DNA of 64,000 nt from Lytechinus pictus (lineage: Eukaryota), in assembly GCF_037042905.1 (NCBI RefSeq), contig NC_087255.1, positions 19,468,001-19,532,000 of the forward strand, in the 5' to 3' direction. The notes under the pieces were generated by a model. That model was not told the DNA's origin, did no database searches, and was given only the letters and a program-made list of their open reading frames with translations. Both the position numbers and the translations under genes were made by a program. Positions 13,251 through 25,440 of this stretch are shown here, one piece after another. The stretch's first letter is position 1, and each line of letters opens with the position of its first letter.

Positions 13251-14454
13251 GCTACTACTACTCATCACCGATATCATTATTACTTTAATGCTATTTCTGA
13301 TTGTAGTGTTTATTATATTTTCAATAAAATTGGTGGTGATATTACCATCAACAACTGAAGCAACATCAATATTGCTCATTAAGTTTTGCAACCTTAAAAT
13401 CATGCTGAAATTATTAAAATGAAAGATGTCATTATGAATTGATATCGTGGGGGGGGGGGGGTAATACTGTAAGAGAATTCAATATTTTCTGAAGAGCCAC
13501 CTAGTGAGGGTTGCAAAAATAGACTGGACAAAGCTGAGGACACAAATTAAAATCGCAATGAATCGTTCGAAATTAGGAATCAATTTAAATGCTTCTCCAC
13601 TAATGGATTTAGAGCGACAAACGCAATAAATTAAACAACAGTGGGCTAAAAGTGGAATTCCGATAATTCGATTTACGCATTATTGGTTAAGTTCGTTAAC
13701 CGGGTTTGGTGAAAATCTCGACAAAATTACAAAACACACAACTCGATATATTTTCGAAATACCATTATTAGCTTCATTTTCTCCATTAAGTTTTGAAATT
13801 AATTGATGTGGTTTGGGAGCGTTACCCGACTAGCAATTTCAGGCATGGACGGGGATGAGGCATAATTATTACGACGGGGGTGGCATCTTTCATGTTCTGT
13901 GATCATATTGGACATTAATTTCGACTAAAGAGCTTTACCACTTGGAAGGGGAGACTGTAAAACACAATACACCATGGCTACAAACTGTACACTATATAGT
14001 GGTACAACGGTATTTATCGATGTGGTCTCGTATTTCGGTAACTGTTCGAAACTAACACTCGCTACCTAGCCGAAATTAGACTAACTGATTTTCTTTTTTC
14101 TTTTTATTTATATACACGTAAAACCATCTTTTAACGTGGAATGGGTCGAAGATTTAAAGCTATTATCTCTGGGGCTTTTCGATATGCAATCACTGAATTT
14201 GTAAGATAGGAGTTGTAATGGACCGTTTCGCATCGTAGAGAGCGCTAGATGTCCTCAAAGACAAAATCAAAATTGTTAAAAGGATCAAGGGATGATCCAC
14301 TTTAATAACATCGGAATGTCAGACGATACTCCATTATGATTAACATTTGAAGTTCAATGAATATTATGCTTTAACTTGACAAGCGTTTCTTCGATAGCAT
14401 AGCGACTAGCTGATCGTTGGTCAGGTAGTGTATAACTATCACTCTCACAATTTG

Positions 14455-15110
14455 TCTTAGAAAAGTGTTTTGATTAGAACCGTGCTATCTTTCGTATTTG
14501 GAAGCCTTTTCTTTGTTCTTTCAAGAACCAGAAAATGGTTCTATTCAGTCCGTTCTAGTTATATAAGGAACTATTTACTGTTGTGGCTCACTGGATAGGT
14601 CTCCAGACTTTGAACCACAAGGTCCGGAGTTCAAATCCCACCGCAGCACCTCGCGTCTTTTGGCAAGGCGTCTATTGACATTCGGCACTCTCAACCCGGG
14701 TATAGTATAAAATGGGTACCCGGTACGAAGGAATTCCTTCAATAATTACATCAGGGTAGCCGCGCTAGTGCTGGGGTGATAGTATGCGGAGCTTACACGC
14801 TTAATGTTGTATACTAATATCATTATTCTTCTTTATACAGCATCTGGGATTCTTGATAGTGAAGAATTTTACCAATTTTCTATAGGGTTCTTGATATAAA
14901 CTATGGGGGTCTTCACAACATCAAGAATCCCATAGGTCATGTAGATTTATGAAAAACCTATTCAAGTGATACCTTGGATGTTGTCAAGTGATGTTGTCTC
15001 GTAGAAACTTGCGATGACGCATGGCACCACCCTTTCCAAGAAAGGGTTCTTTATAGAACCCCCAAAATGATCAAATGACTGTCAAATCGCTTTTGATTCT
15101 TTGAAACTTA
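14455..15110. mobile_element. Degraded DNA-transposon remnant with GGTTCT/AGAACC motifs, interrupted by a SINE
   Basis: Repeated AGAACC and GGTTCT motifs on both sides of the SINE at 14578-14830. Termini are not resolved. Confidence 0.4.
14578..14830 (+). mobile_element. tRNA-derived SINE
   Basis: A box TGGCTCACTGG 14584-14594, B box AGTTCAAATCC 14628-14638, body ...TTGGCAAGG...AAATGGGTACCCGG...GCTGGGGTGATA. Confidence 0.85.
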
Positions 15111-15612
15111 AGACAGAGAAAGTCTCGAGAAATTAACTGAATGTGTACGATTCCTTTATCATGATTATTATTTAGCTTAGAGATGACTATATGGTATTTG
15201 GAGGTTTGATATCTACCAACCGAATGACAGCATCGGCTTGTAATTGCTGATCGCTATAGACAGGTGGCCTTTAGAGAGAAGGAGAGAGATTGTCACTATC
15301 CATGATGTTGGCTTGAACTGCTTATACCCTTCCGATGTTACGCATTTCGTGATTTCATCCCTGTCTACACTGATCAAGGTTTGTAGTCTGGTAGACGCGG
15401 GCACGGCTTGCATGTTGCTCCGTGATGTCGTTGTGATTGTACTAATTTCAATTCGCTAGCCGTTGTCGTCATATTGGGTTCTGACTAATTCGGAGAGCAG
15501 TCAACAAAGTTAAGAAGAAAATTAGTAGCAATCGTAGAATCGGAGGCCTGGACTGGTATCTTCTCACGCGAACGTCGCCGTGACATACGACCGTCATGTA
15601 CAGGTTTTAACA

Positions 15613-15701
15613 AATAAATTATCACTCTTATGGACATCAACGGAATGAAATTTATGAAATAAATATCACTCTTTTAGACATCAACAGAATGAAAAATAAA
15701 T
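15613..15701. repeat. Two-copy tandem repeat of about 46 bp
   Basis: TATCACTCTTWTRGACATCAACRGAATGAAA occurs twice. Confidence 0.8.
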
Positions 15702-16314
15702 GCTTATGGAGAGTCCACCCATTCTACAATTTCTGTGAAAATTGCAAAGGTCTGGCCTCAGACATTGGATTTGAATACAAAACATCGTTTGCTTTCAGTC
15801 AAACCATTTCACGCTTGACAAAAAATGCGCACACTTCCTCCTTTCATATATCTTATTCAATGCTTCACTTCTAGTTATGAAGTTCACGTTTTTCCTTGAT
15901 ATGATTAATCAATTCATTTTGTTCATTTCCCATTTAAATGAAAACTCTTTAAAGTTAAGCATCATGCTTGCCTTTGAAGTGTGTGTTCCCTCTTAGGTTA
16001 GCTAACAATCTCATTTCCAATGATTTCAGAAGCTCTGTACTTCCTCATTGTATATTCTATTCGGTGACATTAATGATGATGAAAGATGACTAATGATGAA
16101 AGTTCAACAACTCAAATAACTGCTATTTCTTTAAACCAAATACATGCAAACACAACAAATGGTTCGGGGGATATAAAAGCAATTACGGTTGATTTAACAT
16201 TCTCAACATGTTCAAGGCAGAGCATAATTCATTTTTTATAATGTATGTTTTTTCGGCTTAAAAAATTATTTAGTTTTTTGTTATCAAGAGCTTGAACTTT
16301 GAGGAAAACCGTAT

Positions 16315-16443
16315 GGGTCCCTTTTCATATAAGAGTTACAACTCTAGGTGAATTTGGCATGTGATTGGCTGCCAAGCCCTGTTACCATGGTAATTGCCAT
16401 CATGGCAGAGGTTATAGTAGTAAGTCCTTCATGAAACGGGTCT
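16315..16443. mobile_element. Short MITE related to 1490-1641
   Basis: Ends GGGTCCCTTTTCATA and ATGAAACGGGTC, central GTGATTGGCTG. Confidence 0.65.
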
Positions 16444-16739
16444 TATGATATTTCAGAACTCATCCCTTTTCTACATTTCTTCCTGGTAATCAGGTAATGT
16501 TAAGTTTTGTACGGTCGCGACAGTGCTCAGACTTTGACTATGACCGTTACATTTTGACGAAGATTTATCGTTTGTACGCGTTTATCATGTCGTTTCTTTC
16601 TTCTATGGTCTATAAAATAGTAATTGAATTTATGTACCACATTAATCATATTGATTGCCTTCCTCGCGATTGAGTTGAAGAGTGGAGAACCATGCCTACG
16701 AGTGCTCCTTGATAGTTTTATTATTCAGTTGCCCCTTAA

Positions 16740-17163
16740 AAGGGAAGTTCACCCTGAAGAAAATTTTGTTGTAAAGAATACGATAAAAACAATGAAACAT
16801 TATTGCTGAAGGTTTGAGGAAAATACTTCAAAGATTCGGAAAAATATTCGAATTTGATGTTTTTGATACAAAGCTTCCCCAGATGTTATGCAATATAAAA
16901 TGTATGAATTGAACCTTTAATGGGTAATGGTGACTAAACAAAATCTTTCAGGAGCGGATGTGTAATGATTTGCTTAAACCATTTTCAATTTTATAACATT
17001 TCATACAATTTTTTTTACTGTATATAAAGGAAAGATGCTTGCAAATGAATTCTAATAACTTTTGTAATATCTAGTAAATTTGCCTCAAACCTTCACCAAT
17101 ATTTTATTGTATGTTTTCTGTTATTTTTACAATAAAAAAATCTTTTCAGGGTGAACTTCCCCC
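16740..17163. mobile_element. Kolobok-like MITE
   Basis: TTAA at 16736-16739 and 17164-17167. TIRs AAGGGAAGTTCACCCTGAA and TTCAGGGTGAACTTCCCCC, with further inverted similarity (TGAAGGTTTGAGG vs CCTCAAACCTTCA). Confidence 0.85.
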
Positions 17164-18829
17164 TTAATTGCGGTTGCGTTTTTCCGTCACAATATATGAT
17201 GATGAGTAAAAATTAATCTACAATACAGCCGTATTATCATAAAGTACACATATGATAATGAATACTTGGCGAAACGCTTTCCCCATTGTTTAATGTGTTC
17301 GCGATACAAAAGCCCGTGGCGCCAATTTCAAAGTCACGTGATCGGGCTGGACGTCAAAACATGGTGTTATTCCTTTACCAAGGCGCCGGTGATGTATTAT
17401 ATGATTCACCTCTCTGCGTCCTAACAGGTGGAAGCATAGCAATCTGGGGGATAGCACAATATATTTACCCGTAGAAATGGTTGATAGACAAGGCTATACC
17501 ATCCCAGGCTTCGAGTGGGGTCTCCTTTATAAGAGAGGCAACGTCATAGCAAAAGCGATTAATACTGCCGTTAACATACATAATTAAGGCAAGTCAATTT
17601 GGCTAAATGATGCTCGATTATGGTTTCGCGCATCAGCAATTTGTCCAAATTGCCCTATAACATGTTTACTACGCACGAGGGAGACATCAGTGTACTGAAA
17701 ACGTCATTACATGTTGGAGAATGGGCAGTGAATGATCACTAATGGAAACGATAGAATGGAGAATTTTGAATTAAATAACCAAACAAACAACAACGCCGAC
17801 AGCTCACCATCCCATCCACTCTCAACACCCCCACCATAACCATACACTTTCATCCATAAACACACTAGCATGAACGGTAAGCAACATCAGTATTTGTTAG
17901 AGATGATTACACAATAAACGTACTGTGAAAGTTCGTTTAGACCTCTCAGCACTTTTTTTTGTTTTTAAAGATATGGATAGTACAATGGGGTTATTCACCT
18001 AGATGTAAACCACCACCTGTTTTAGAAAAGAACCTTCGTGGATTACTTATCACTGAAGTTATCATGGTAGTGGTATTAATGTCGTGATTGATATAAAAAA
18101 ATAAGCATAATATTTCATAACCATGTCCCAGAATCAACGGTAGCATCTGCTCATTGTAGCCTCTTAAGGCCTGTAAGTGGTCTGCCATGCACGTGCAATG
18201 ATCAAATGATTACCTATTTAAAGGGGATTAGAACGCCCTGTTTGATTAAATGAAGGCAGAAAATGAAAGTTTAATCGAGTGTGGATGTCATTTAACACGT
18301 ATGTAAATCAGGAAAATGGCGTTGAAGTATTGTGCATTAAAATTATTTGTGTTTCAAAAGGTATTCATGGTATTAGTTCTAAAGTGCGACGAACCGGTCA
18401 TATTTTGATGGATTTTATAATGGCAATTTATTGCATCATTTTAGGTTTGAATAACAATTAATTTGTATAAAATGGTATCCCGCGAGAAGCGTTTGCCCTT
18501 TTAAATAAAATTAATTACCTTTTTAATAAAAGAAAAATCACTTTTATTCAGTCCTGAAATCGAGACCTAAACATGCTTCAGAAATTCAATGACATATATG
18601 TTGACTATAGTTTCATTTTCCTTTTGAAAAGAATAAAGTATTACGTTGTAACCATTATCATCGGGTAGGCCTACATCATCGGGCTGTCATCTTTGAAATG
18701 GGCCTATTGCGAAACTTATTTTACTTCAAAAGTTCATTGCATTTAGAATTATGCAGGAACTAAATGTATATTAGTTTTTATTAATCCCCTGGGATTTCCC
18801 GTTATGACCCTGCTTAGGCGAAATGTTAA

Positions 18830-19262
18830 AGGCGATCGTTCCCGGAATTCTAGGGGGCGCTGTTGTACAGTTTTGTTACGTGCGGTTTTCGCCGAAGATA
18901 TTTGACGTAATTTGCATGCAGCTGTCAATCATCAGCCAGTCGCGCAGCACATGTACACATTACACAGTACACATACAAGTACGGTTCGCTGCATTTGGCA
19001 TTTTCAGCGCTGGGACAATCATCTGCTGACGTCACCTCACACAGCATAAGGAGGCGGAGCCAACCTGCCAGGATCTTCGAACAGCAGCCGAAGCATATAA
19101 TACGCGAACTTAGAATCGTCACAATTCGGACATCATAACATGGCATCTGCGTAAGCGTCGTAAAACGTTGGTGTCAATGGGCAGCTGGCGCCGCCACGCG
19201 CGCAGTCCGTAACACGGAGGTATGGCCAACCGCGCCATCTTGCATTCCGGGAACGATTAACT
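18830..19262. mobile_element. GC/CpG-rich Kolobok-like MITE with a promoter-like interior
   Basis: TTAA at 18826-18829 and 19263-19266. TIR of about 31 bp: AGGCGATCGTTCCCGGAATTCTAGGGGGCGC vs (reverse complement) AGTTAATCGTTCCCGGAATGCAAGATGGCGC. Confidence 0.8.
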
Positions 19263-19661
19263 TTAAAAATCACTTTAACGTTGAAAGGAAAAGTGACGTT
19301 TTCCAGATTATAATCCACCACATTCAAAGCATTTTTTAACAGCATCTTGATATTCTTACGGCTGGTCACCTCCCCAGCCGTAAGCATTGTAATTAAAAAA
19401 AAAATACATTTTGGGATTTTCAACAATTAATGTAAGGAGTAACCGGTTTCCTCCTTTTTTTAACATTACCAACAGATGTACCAATATTTTTTTTCTTTTA
19501 ATAGAGAGGTGTATTACACTACTCAAGCTCATGCATGCGCACAAACCAACACACAGAAAACCTCACATCGAAGCGTACATGATTTCATTTGACATTCCAA
19601 ATATATATATATATATTTTTTATATTTCATTCATAATACATTACACAAAATCAAAGCACGT

Positions 19662-19715
19662 AAATTACATACAATCAAAGTAAAAAATTACATACAATCA
19701 AAGTAGAAAATTACA
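19662..19715. repeat. 23-bp tandem repeat (about 2.4 copies)
   Basis: AAATTACATACAATCAAAGTA repeated. Confidence 0.85.
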
Positions 19716-20354
19716 ACAAATATCCAACCTTCCTAACACTGACGCAAATAAGGATGGAGAAGAATAAAATTAGCAAATCATGTAATAATGTCAACATTGC
19801 CATATACGTGCACATACACATCAAACAAAGGACATCATCTGCCAGGGTTTTGAACGTGACTAATTTAAGCTTTTCACCCTTTGAGTAATTACATATACAC
19901 TCCACCCCCTACAGAGTAAGAACTCCCAAATTTCCATCCGCGCAAAAACAAAATATCAGACAGGTGATTTAGAAAGGAGAAGACCTTGGCCATCTCCCAC
20001 ATCTTCACTGAATCTTTATGGCTGCATCGATACTGACATTTCTGATCATTACTAACTAACTTATCGTTTTCCCCGGCGCCAAGTTAATTTTATTTCTATT
20101 TTTCCCTTGCAGTGACTCTCTCTTTATTATTCAAGGGAGCACTCAAAGAAAATAAATGTACTTGTAGAAGTTGATGACGTCATAATGAAATCCTACCAAA
20201 TCATTAAGCGTTGTCGCTCATTCTGTACAGTGCCGAACTATGGGGAACAAATCCGGAAAGAATCAAACAAATTTTGCAATGTTCAGCCTTGTATGAACAT
20301 TTATTCCTTAGAATGGCATTTCCCTTTAGACCCCTCCTGTATTCTCTCTCCCTA

Positions 20355-20386
<32 letters not shown>

Positions 20387-21880
20387 GGGGGGGGGGGCAT
20401 CTAATCAAATAATTATTGGCTCATATTTTCGCTTTTCATAGATATTTGAATAATATTTATCGATCTTGCAAATTCATTTTCTTCCTTTTGATTTATGTCG
20501 TTATCATCATGATAACGTGTTGAATAGACATTCACCTTTTTTGCATGCAATATACGTAGGTCACGCAATTGCTGTTGACTTTACCTGCATTGCACTTCAA
20601 ATCAAAACTTAGACGTCCACATAATTCCCCTCATTATGAGTGCAACTTTTCGACACCCTGGCGATAAATGCATTTCTTGGGTGCATATCGGAAATGGAAA
20701 AAGGGCACAAAATTGAGATTGTAACCCTTGAATCAGTGCCTAAAAGTATTCACCCACAGTGCAGTGTCCCCATTTATTGATTACCCACCCTTTCCATCAC
20801 GACTGCCTGCACGGGTTCAAGATTCCCCCTCTTTGGTTCACCCTTCAAGATCGGATGAAGAAGTAGAATAAGAAGGGCAACAAAAGGGCAGGAGGAAGAA
20901 GAAAGAGAAGAAGACGGAGGAGAGACAGACTGAGACTATGACCGGGGAAATGTAGATTGCATTCATGATGAAATAAAGAAAGTTCTATTTCGATCATCCA
21001 GTCGCGCTTCTTCCTCGAATCCGCCCATGCCTCCATGCCCCATCATCCCTACCCCACTCCGAACCCTCTCCATCTTTAATGAAATTGCGATAACATATAA
21101 GCTGCTAGGGAGAAGGATGCTTCTGATTTTTTTCTTCTTCTTGTCACCCTTACGCCTGCAAGAGGGTCTGTATTCTCAAGCCAGCGATTTGGCTGCCATT
21201 TCATTCCACCCGGAGACAAATAAGAATGAATTTGCATACTACACAGGCTATCATGTCGGGTAAATGGCCTATTAACATTTATATTCATGCTTTCCTCCGC
21301 CACGACGCCGTTTTCACTGCTTAATAAAACACCAATTAGAATTCATGAGTTTATATACATTCAACGTAATGACGTAAGAAAAAAACGTTATTATCTATAA
21401 GATTAATGGATTTCGGATGGTAATAAGGTGCATGATACGTTTCTTTAAAAAATGAAAATATAGCCATTGAATTTCCGTATAATGGTAATGTTGTTGAATT
21501 TCATTGAATATATCCTTGAAATATACACGTACATGTTAACATGTATTTACACTTGAAGTCGACATTACATATAATGCTCTGTTCATTTTTTAAAATCCTA
21601 TTGCGCCTCAGAACTATTATCATTGTCATCATCATTGTAAGAATGCTTCTAGTGATGACGATGATAATCATTATTATTATGATTGATTGATTGCGTTTAC
21701 TTATGTACTCAATGCATCAGATATAAGTTTACATAGTAATATGTACCGATGTAGTGTATGAAAAATAATATTGTTGAAGTATAAGCACTGGATCAATAAT
21801 GATTTAACAAATGTATTACTCAATAGACAAAAATACAATTTAAGAGAATGCAGGAGACCACCATCGTGGTCTACTATTAT

Positions 21881-22021
21881 CGTCATCATTACCATTTTTA
21901 TTAGTATCATTGGTATCATCATTATTTATTTTATTATCATTATTATTATCATTGATATTATCATCACCACCACATAAAATATACATACCAACACAACAAC
22001 AATTACTACTACTAACTACTG

Positions 22022-22079
<58 letters not shown>

Positions 22080-22325
22080 AAATAATGCAGCTGCTACTGC
22101 TGCCACTACTACTACTACCACCACCACCACCACCACCACCACCACCACTTCTACATTTCCACCATGACCGTCATCATTACCATTTTTATTAGTATCATTG
22201 GTATCATCATTATTAATTTTATTATCATTATTATTTTTATTATTATCTTTGATAATATCATTACCACCACTTAAAATATACATACCAACACAACAACAAT
22301 TACTACTACTAACTACTACTACTAT

Positions 22326-22367
<42 letters not shown>

Positions 22368-22442
22368 AAATAATGCAGCTACTACTGCTGCCACTACTAC
22401 TACTACTACTACCAACCACCACTGCTACATTCCCACCATGAC
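21881..22442. repeat. Tandem duplication (about 288 + 274 bp) containing (ACT)n/(ACC)n microsatellites
   Basis: Both units begin CGTCATCATTACCATTTTTATTAGTATCATTGGTATC (21881 and 22169) and share AAAATATACATACCAACACAACAACAATTAC and AATAATGCAGCT. Confidence 0.9.
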
Positions 22443-24714
22443 CGCCAGCATGACCATGGCTCATTAATATCAACAACTGATTTCCCTCCATCACTGTTAT
22501 ACCATGAAGCTATAGCTTCATGGTTATACCACCACTACTATTGCTGCTACCTTAAATCATCTATCATCATCTATACTCCCAACAGTTCATACATTGCATC
22601 AACTGCATTGTATGTATTTCCAATTATTCTTATATCGAATCATAAGAAATTGAAGTGATTAAATTGAACAGGAACGGGAATGCCTTTTATTCATTTTTTT
22701 TTTCAATTTGTGTCATGGAATTTTTTTATGTAACAGAGTTTATTTACCGAACGAGATATACGACGCTTTGGGTGTGACATAACACATGCCCATATCACGT
22801 ACGGTCTAATTTCATTAGGCTTCTCGACTCTTTGTGAACGTAATAATTGAATAAAGCTTCCCATACTCTAAAACTTGAGACATTTATTTCACTTTGATGG
22901 ACATATCGTCCCACCTCTCTCTATTCATTCGAGGCAAATATAATTCTTTGTAGTTAGCATGTTCAGGGATATAAAAAACCCGAGTAGTGTGACAATAAAC
23001 TCTCGTAGATAATATCCATTTGGCAAAGTGAGTTGGAACACGTGGTCAACATTCAACCAATCAGCTAAAGAGTGAAAGTGTTAACTGGTTGGCAAGTTAA
23101 AACAGTTGAATTTAATTTATTCATGTAAAAAAAAAACTTGCACCTTTCAAATTATCTGATGCCGAATGCTGAAAGTTGTGAATTACATATTAATGAATTT
23201 TGCCGTTTCATTCATATCTTATTAAAAAAGAATATGATATATGACCTGAATGATTAAAAGTATATTTATAACAAATGCTGTTGACGTACGTTTAAATACT
23301 AGACTTTGCTGTAATCGTGATCGATCGGCTGGATAATACTTTTCCAACAACAACAAAAAATGTTTGTCGCTTGTGTCTGAGAGCCTGTACAAAGGTTTTT
23401 TTTCCGGTTTATGTGTTTAGGTTTGCAAACGTAAATTGAAATCAGGATATCTAATCTTGGATCTATATTTCATTTAAAGACCTCGAGACCCCCAAATACA
23501 TGACATCAACACGCTCACATGGCGTCTTACGTTTATATGTGCTCACGTTTTTGCAAGAAACATTTGCTTATTCAAAGGTGCAGTAGCGAGTCTCATCATT
23601 TATATAGTACACATTACTGCTTTAAGTGATTTTAGGGCATTTTCTGTTCACAATTTGGTCGATAACGGAAGCAAAATGCAAGTGTTTTTTTAAATCTACC
23701 CTTCTAAAACTAAAACAATGAAGAAACTCAGATGCATGTAACAATAATTCCGCTATCTCGATGTCATGTTTGTATTGTCGGAGATACCACTGTATCCTTG
23801 GTTTTATAATTCCTTCATTTCCGTTAATGGTATTGACCATTGTATTTTAAAATTAACATTAAAGCTCTCAATTGTTAATTCTCCTACTTCCTCTAGCGAT
23901 TTTTTATTTCACGCCACTTCAATCCATATTAATATCTAGCGTGTCAAGCTAGGTAAGAGACACATGAATAAAACTGCGACCATACAATGGATGATATCTC
24001 ATTAAGCAGTAATCCTGATCAGTGTGTAACTCATTATTGCTTTCGATGTTGCACCTTTGGTAAAGCAATTGACAATATATTTTTAATTTCGGTTATTACA
24101 CTGGCCATCACTCTGTTCCTTTTCAACATACTGTGGGAGGAAAATCAATGTGCAATGGAGGGCGAACGTTAAACAGGCAAGTGCGATGAAACTGCAGGAT
24201 GAAAATGCTCCGGGAATGTTGTGTTCCCGAACTGTCGTATGTCAAACAACTCCAATTTCCAACATCATAAAACGTGAGCAACTCTTTCGGGATGCCCACG
24301 TAGTTTAAGGGGGTTATTAGAGCCTTCTAATTGATTATAGATCGTGGTCTATTAAACGTCTGGGTCAATAGCAGTGTTTGTCAAGAGAATATAATGCTCT
24401 GTTTGATCCCCCCATTAAGACGATAAATCTATAGTGTGCACTTGTTGACTCTGGCATGGTTTAACGGCAAACACTACGGCTCGTGCAATGAGTGGGACCA
24501 CGTCATTGAGCGTAGAAGGAGAAAGGAGATTGAGATTGATTTAAATAGATGAATTCCTGGCGATTGAGAGATGAAAATACGACTTTAGAGAGTGAGAGTA
24601 TGAACTCGACGATGTTAGAGACAAAGGGAATGACAGTGATAACGATGCCCATGTGTTCATATTACTATTGTTGTACTTAATTACTGATGCTGTAATTTTC
24701 ACCATATACACTGA

Positions 24715-24926
24715 CACTCTTAAAACAAATTCCTCAAATTGACCAGACCAGTAGTCAGCTGAGTGTAATTGATATGTCTTGTCACATTTCTTACATTATA
24801 TTATAGTCAGAAATAACTATGTTCTAGTAAAATACAACTAGAAAATAGTAAAATATGACTAGAATAACAGTTGTACCCAGCTGACCCTATTAACTAGCCA
24901 TTTTTGACTGATTTGTTTTAAGAGTG
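24715..24926. mobile_element. CACT-ended MITE (EnSpm/CMC-like)
   Basis: TIRs CACTCTTAAAACAAAT and ATTTGTTTTAAGAGTG. Confidence 0.8.
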
Positions 24927-25010
24927 TACTATATTTCTACAATATCAAGTACTCCTACTAGTACTATTACTACTACTACTACTACTACTACTACTACAGT
25001 AACTGTACTA

Positions 25011-25347
25011 CACTGTTAGAAAATGTCTACTTAAAAATACAAACATTCCTGCAGCAGAGTCTCGAGAACACCTGTAATCTTACTGCATTGTGTAATCTTA
25101 CCTGCATGTGTGTAAAATGACAAAAATTTGGTATTTGGTGTATGTTACTTTACACATTTATTGTAATTTATAATTTGTAATTTACTGTAACTTTTCACCC
25201 CTTTTTTAAAAACAGACCTGTTCTGTTAAATTGTAGAGAAATTGTAAAAAAAATCTTTCCTGTTATAACAAGTTACAGAATGATTTAGTTATTTCTTTCT
25301 GTAGAATCTGTTTTTTTTTATTTTTCTTTTGTTTTTTTCTAACAGTG
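25011..25347. mobile_element. CACT-ended MITE with TA TSD inside a (TAC)n array
   Basis: TIRs CACTGTTAGAAAA and TTTTCTAACAGTG. TA on both sides; (TAC)n at 24961-24997 and 25348-25505. Confidence 0.85.
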
Positions 25348-25379
25348 TACTACTACTATTACTACTACTTCTACTACTA

Positions 25380-25440
<61 letters not shown>

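Noticed and set aside
12788-13403. Long ORFs of 135-179 aa
   Set aside because: Artefacts of the N-gap and the (ACT)n repeat.
18903-19130. snRNA-type promoter (octamer, TCACC PSE-like, TATA)
   Set aside because: The PSE-to-TATA distance is about 64 nt, too long for a U6-type promoter. No recognisable snRNA follows, and the segment lies within a MITE.
21840-22494. Poly-Val/Thr/Ser ORFs resembling mucin, and similar ORFs at 25329-25620
   Set aside because: Translations of (ACT)n and (ACC)n microsatellites with no splice or domain support.
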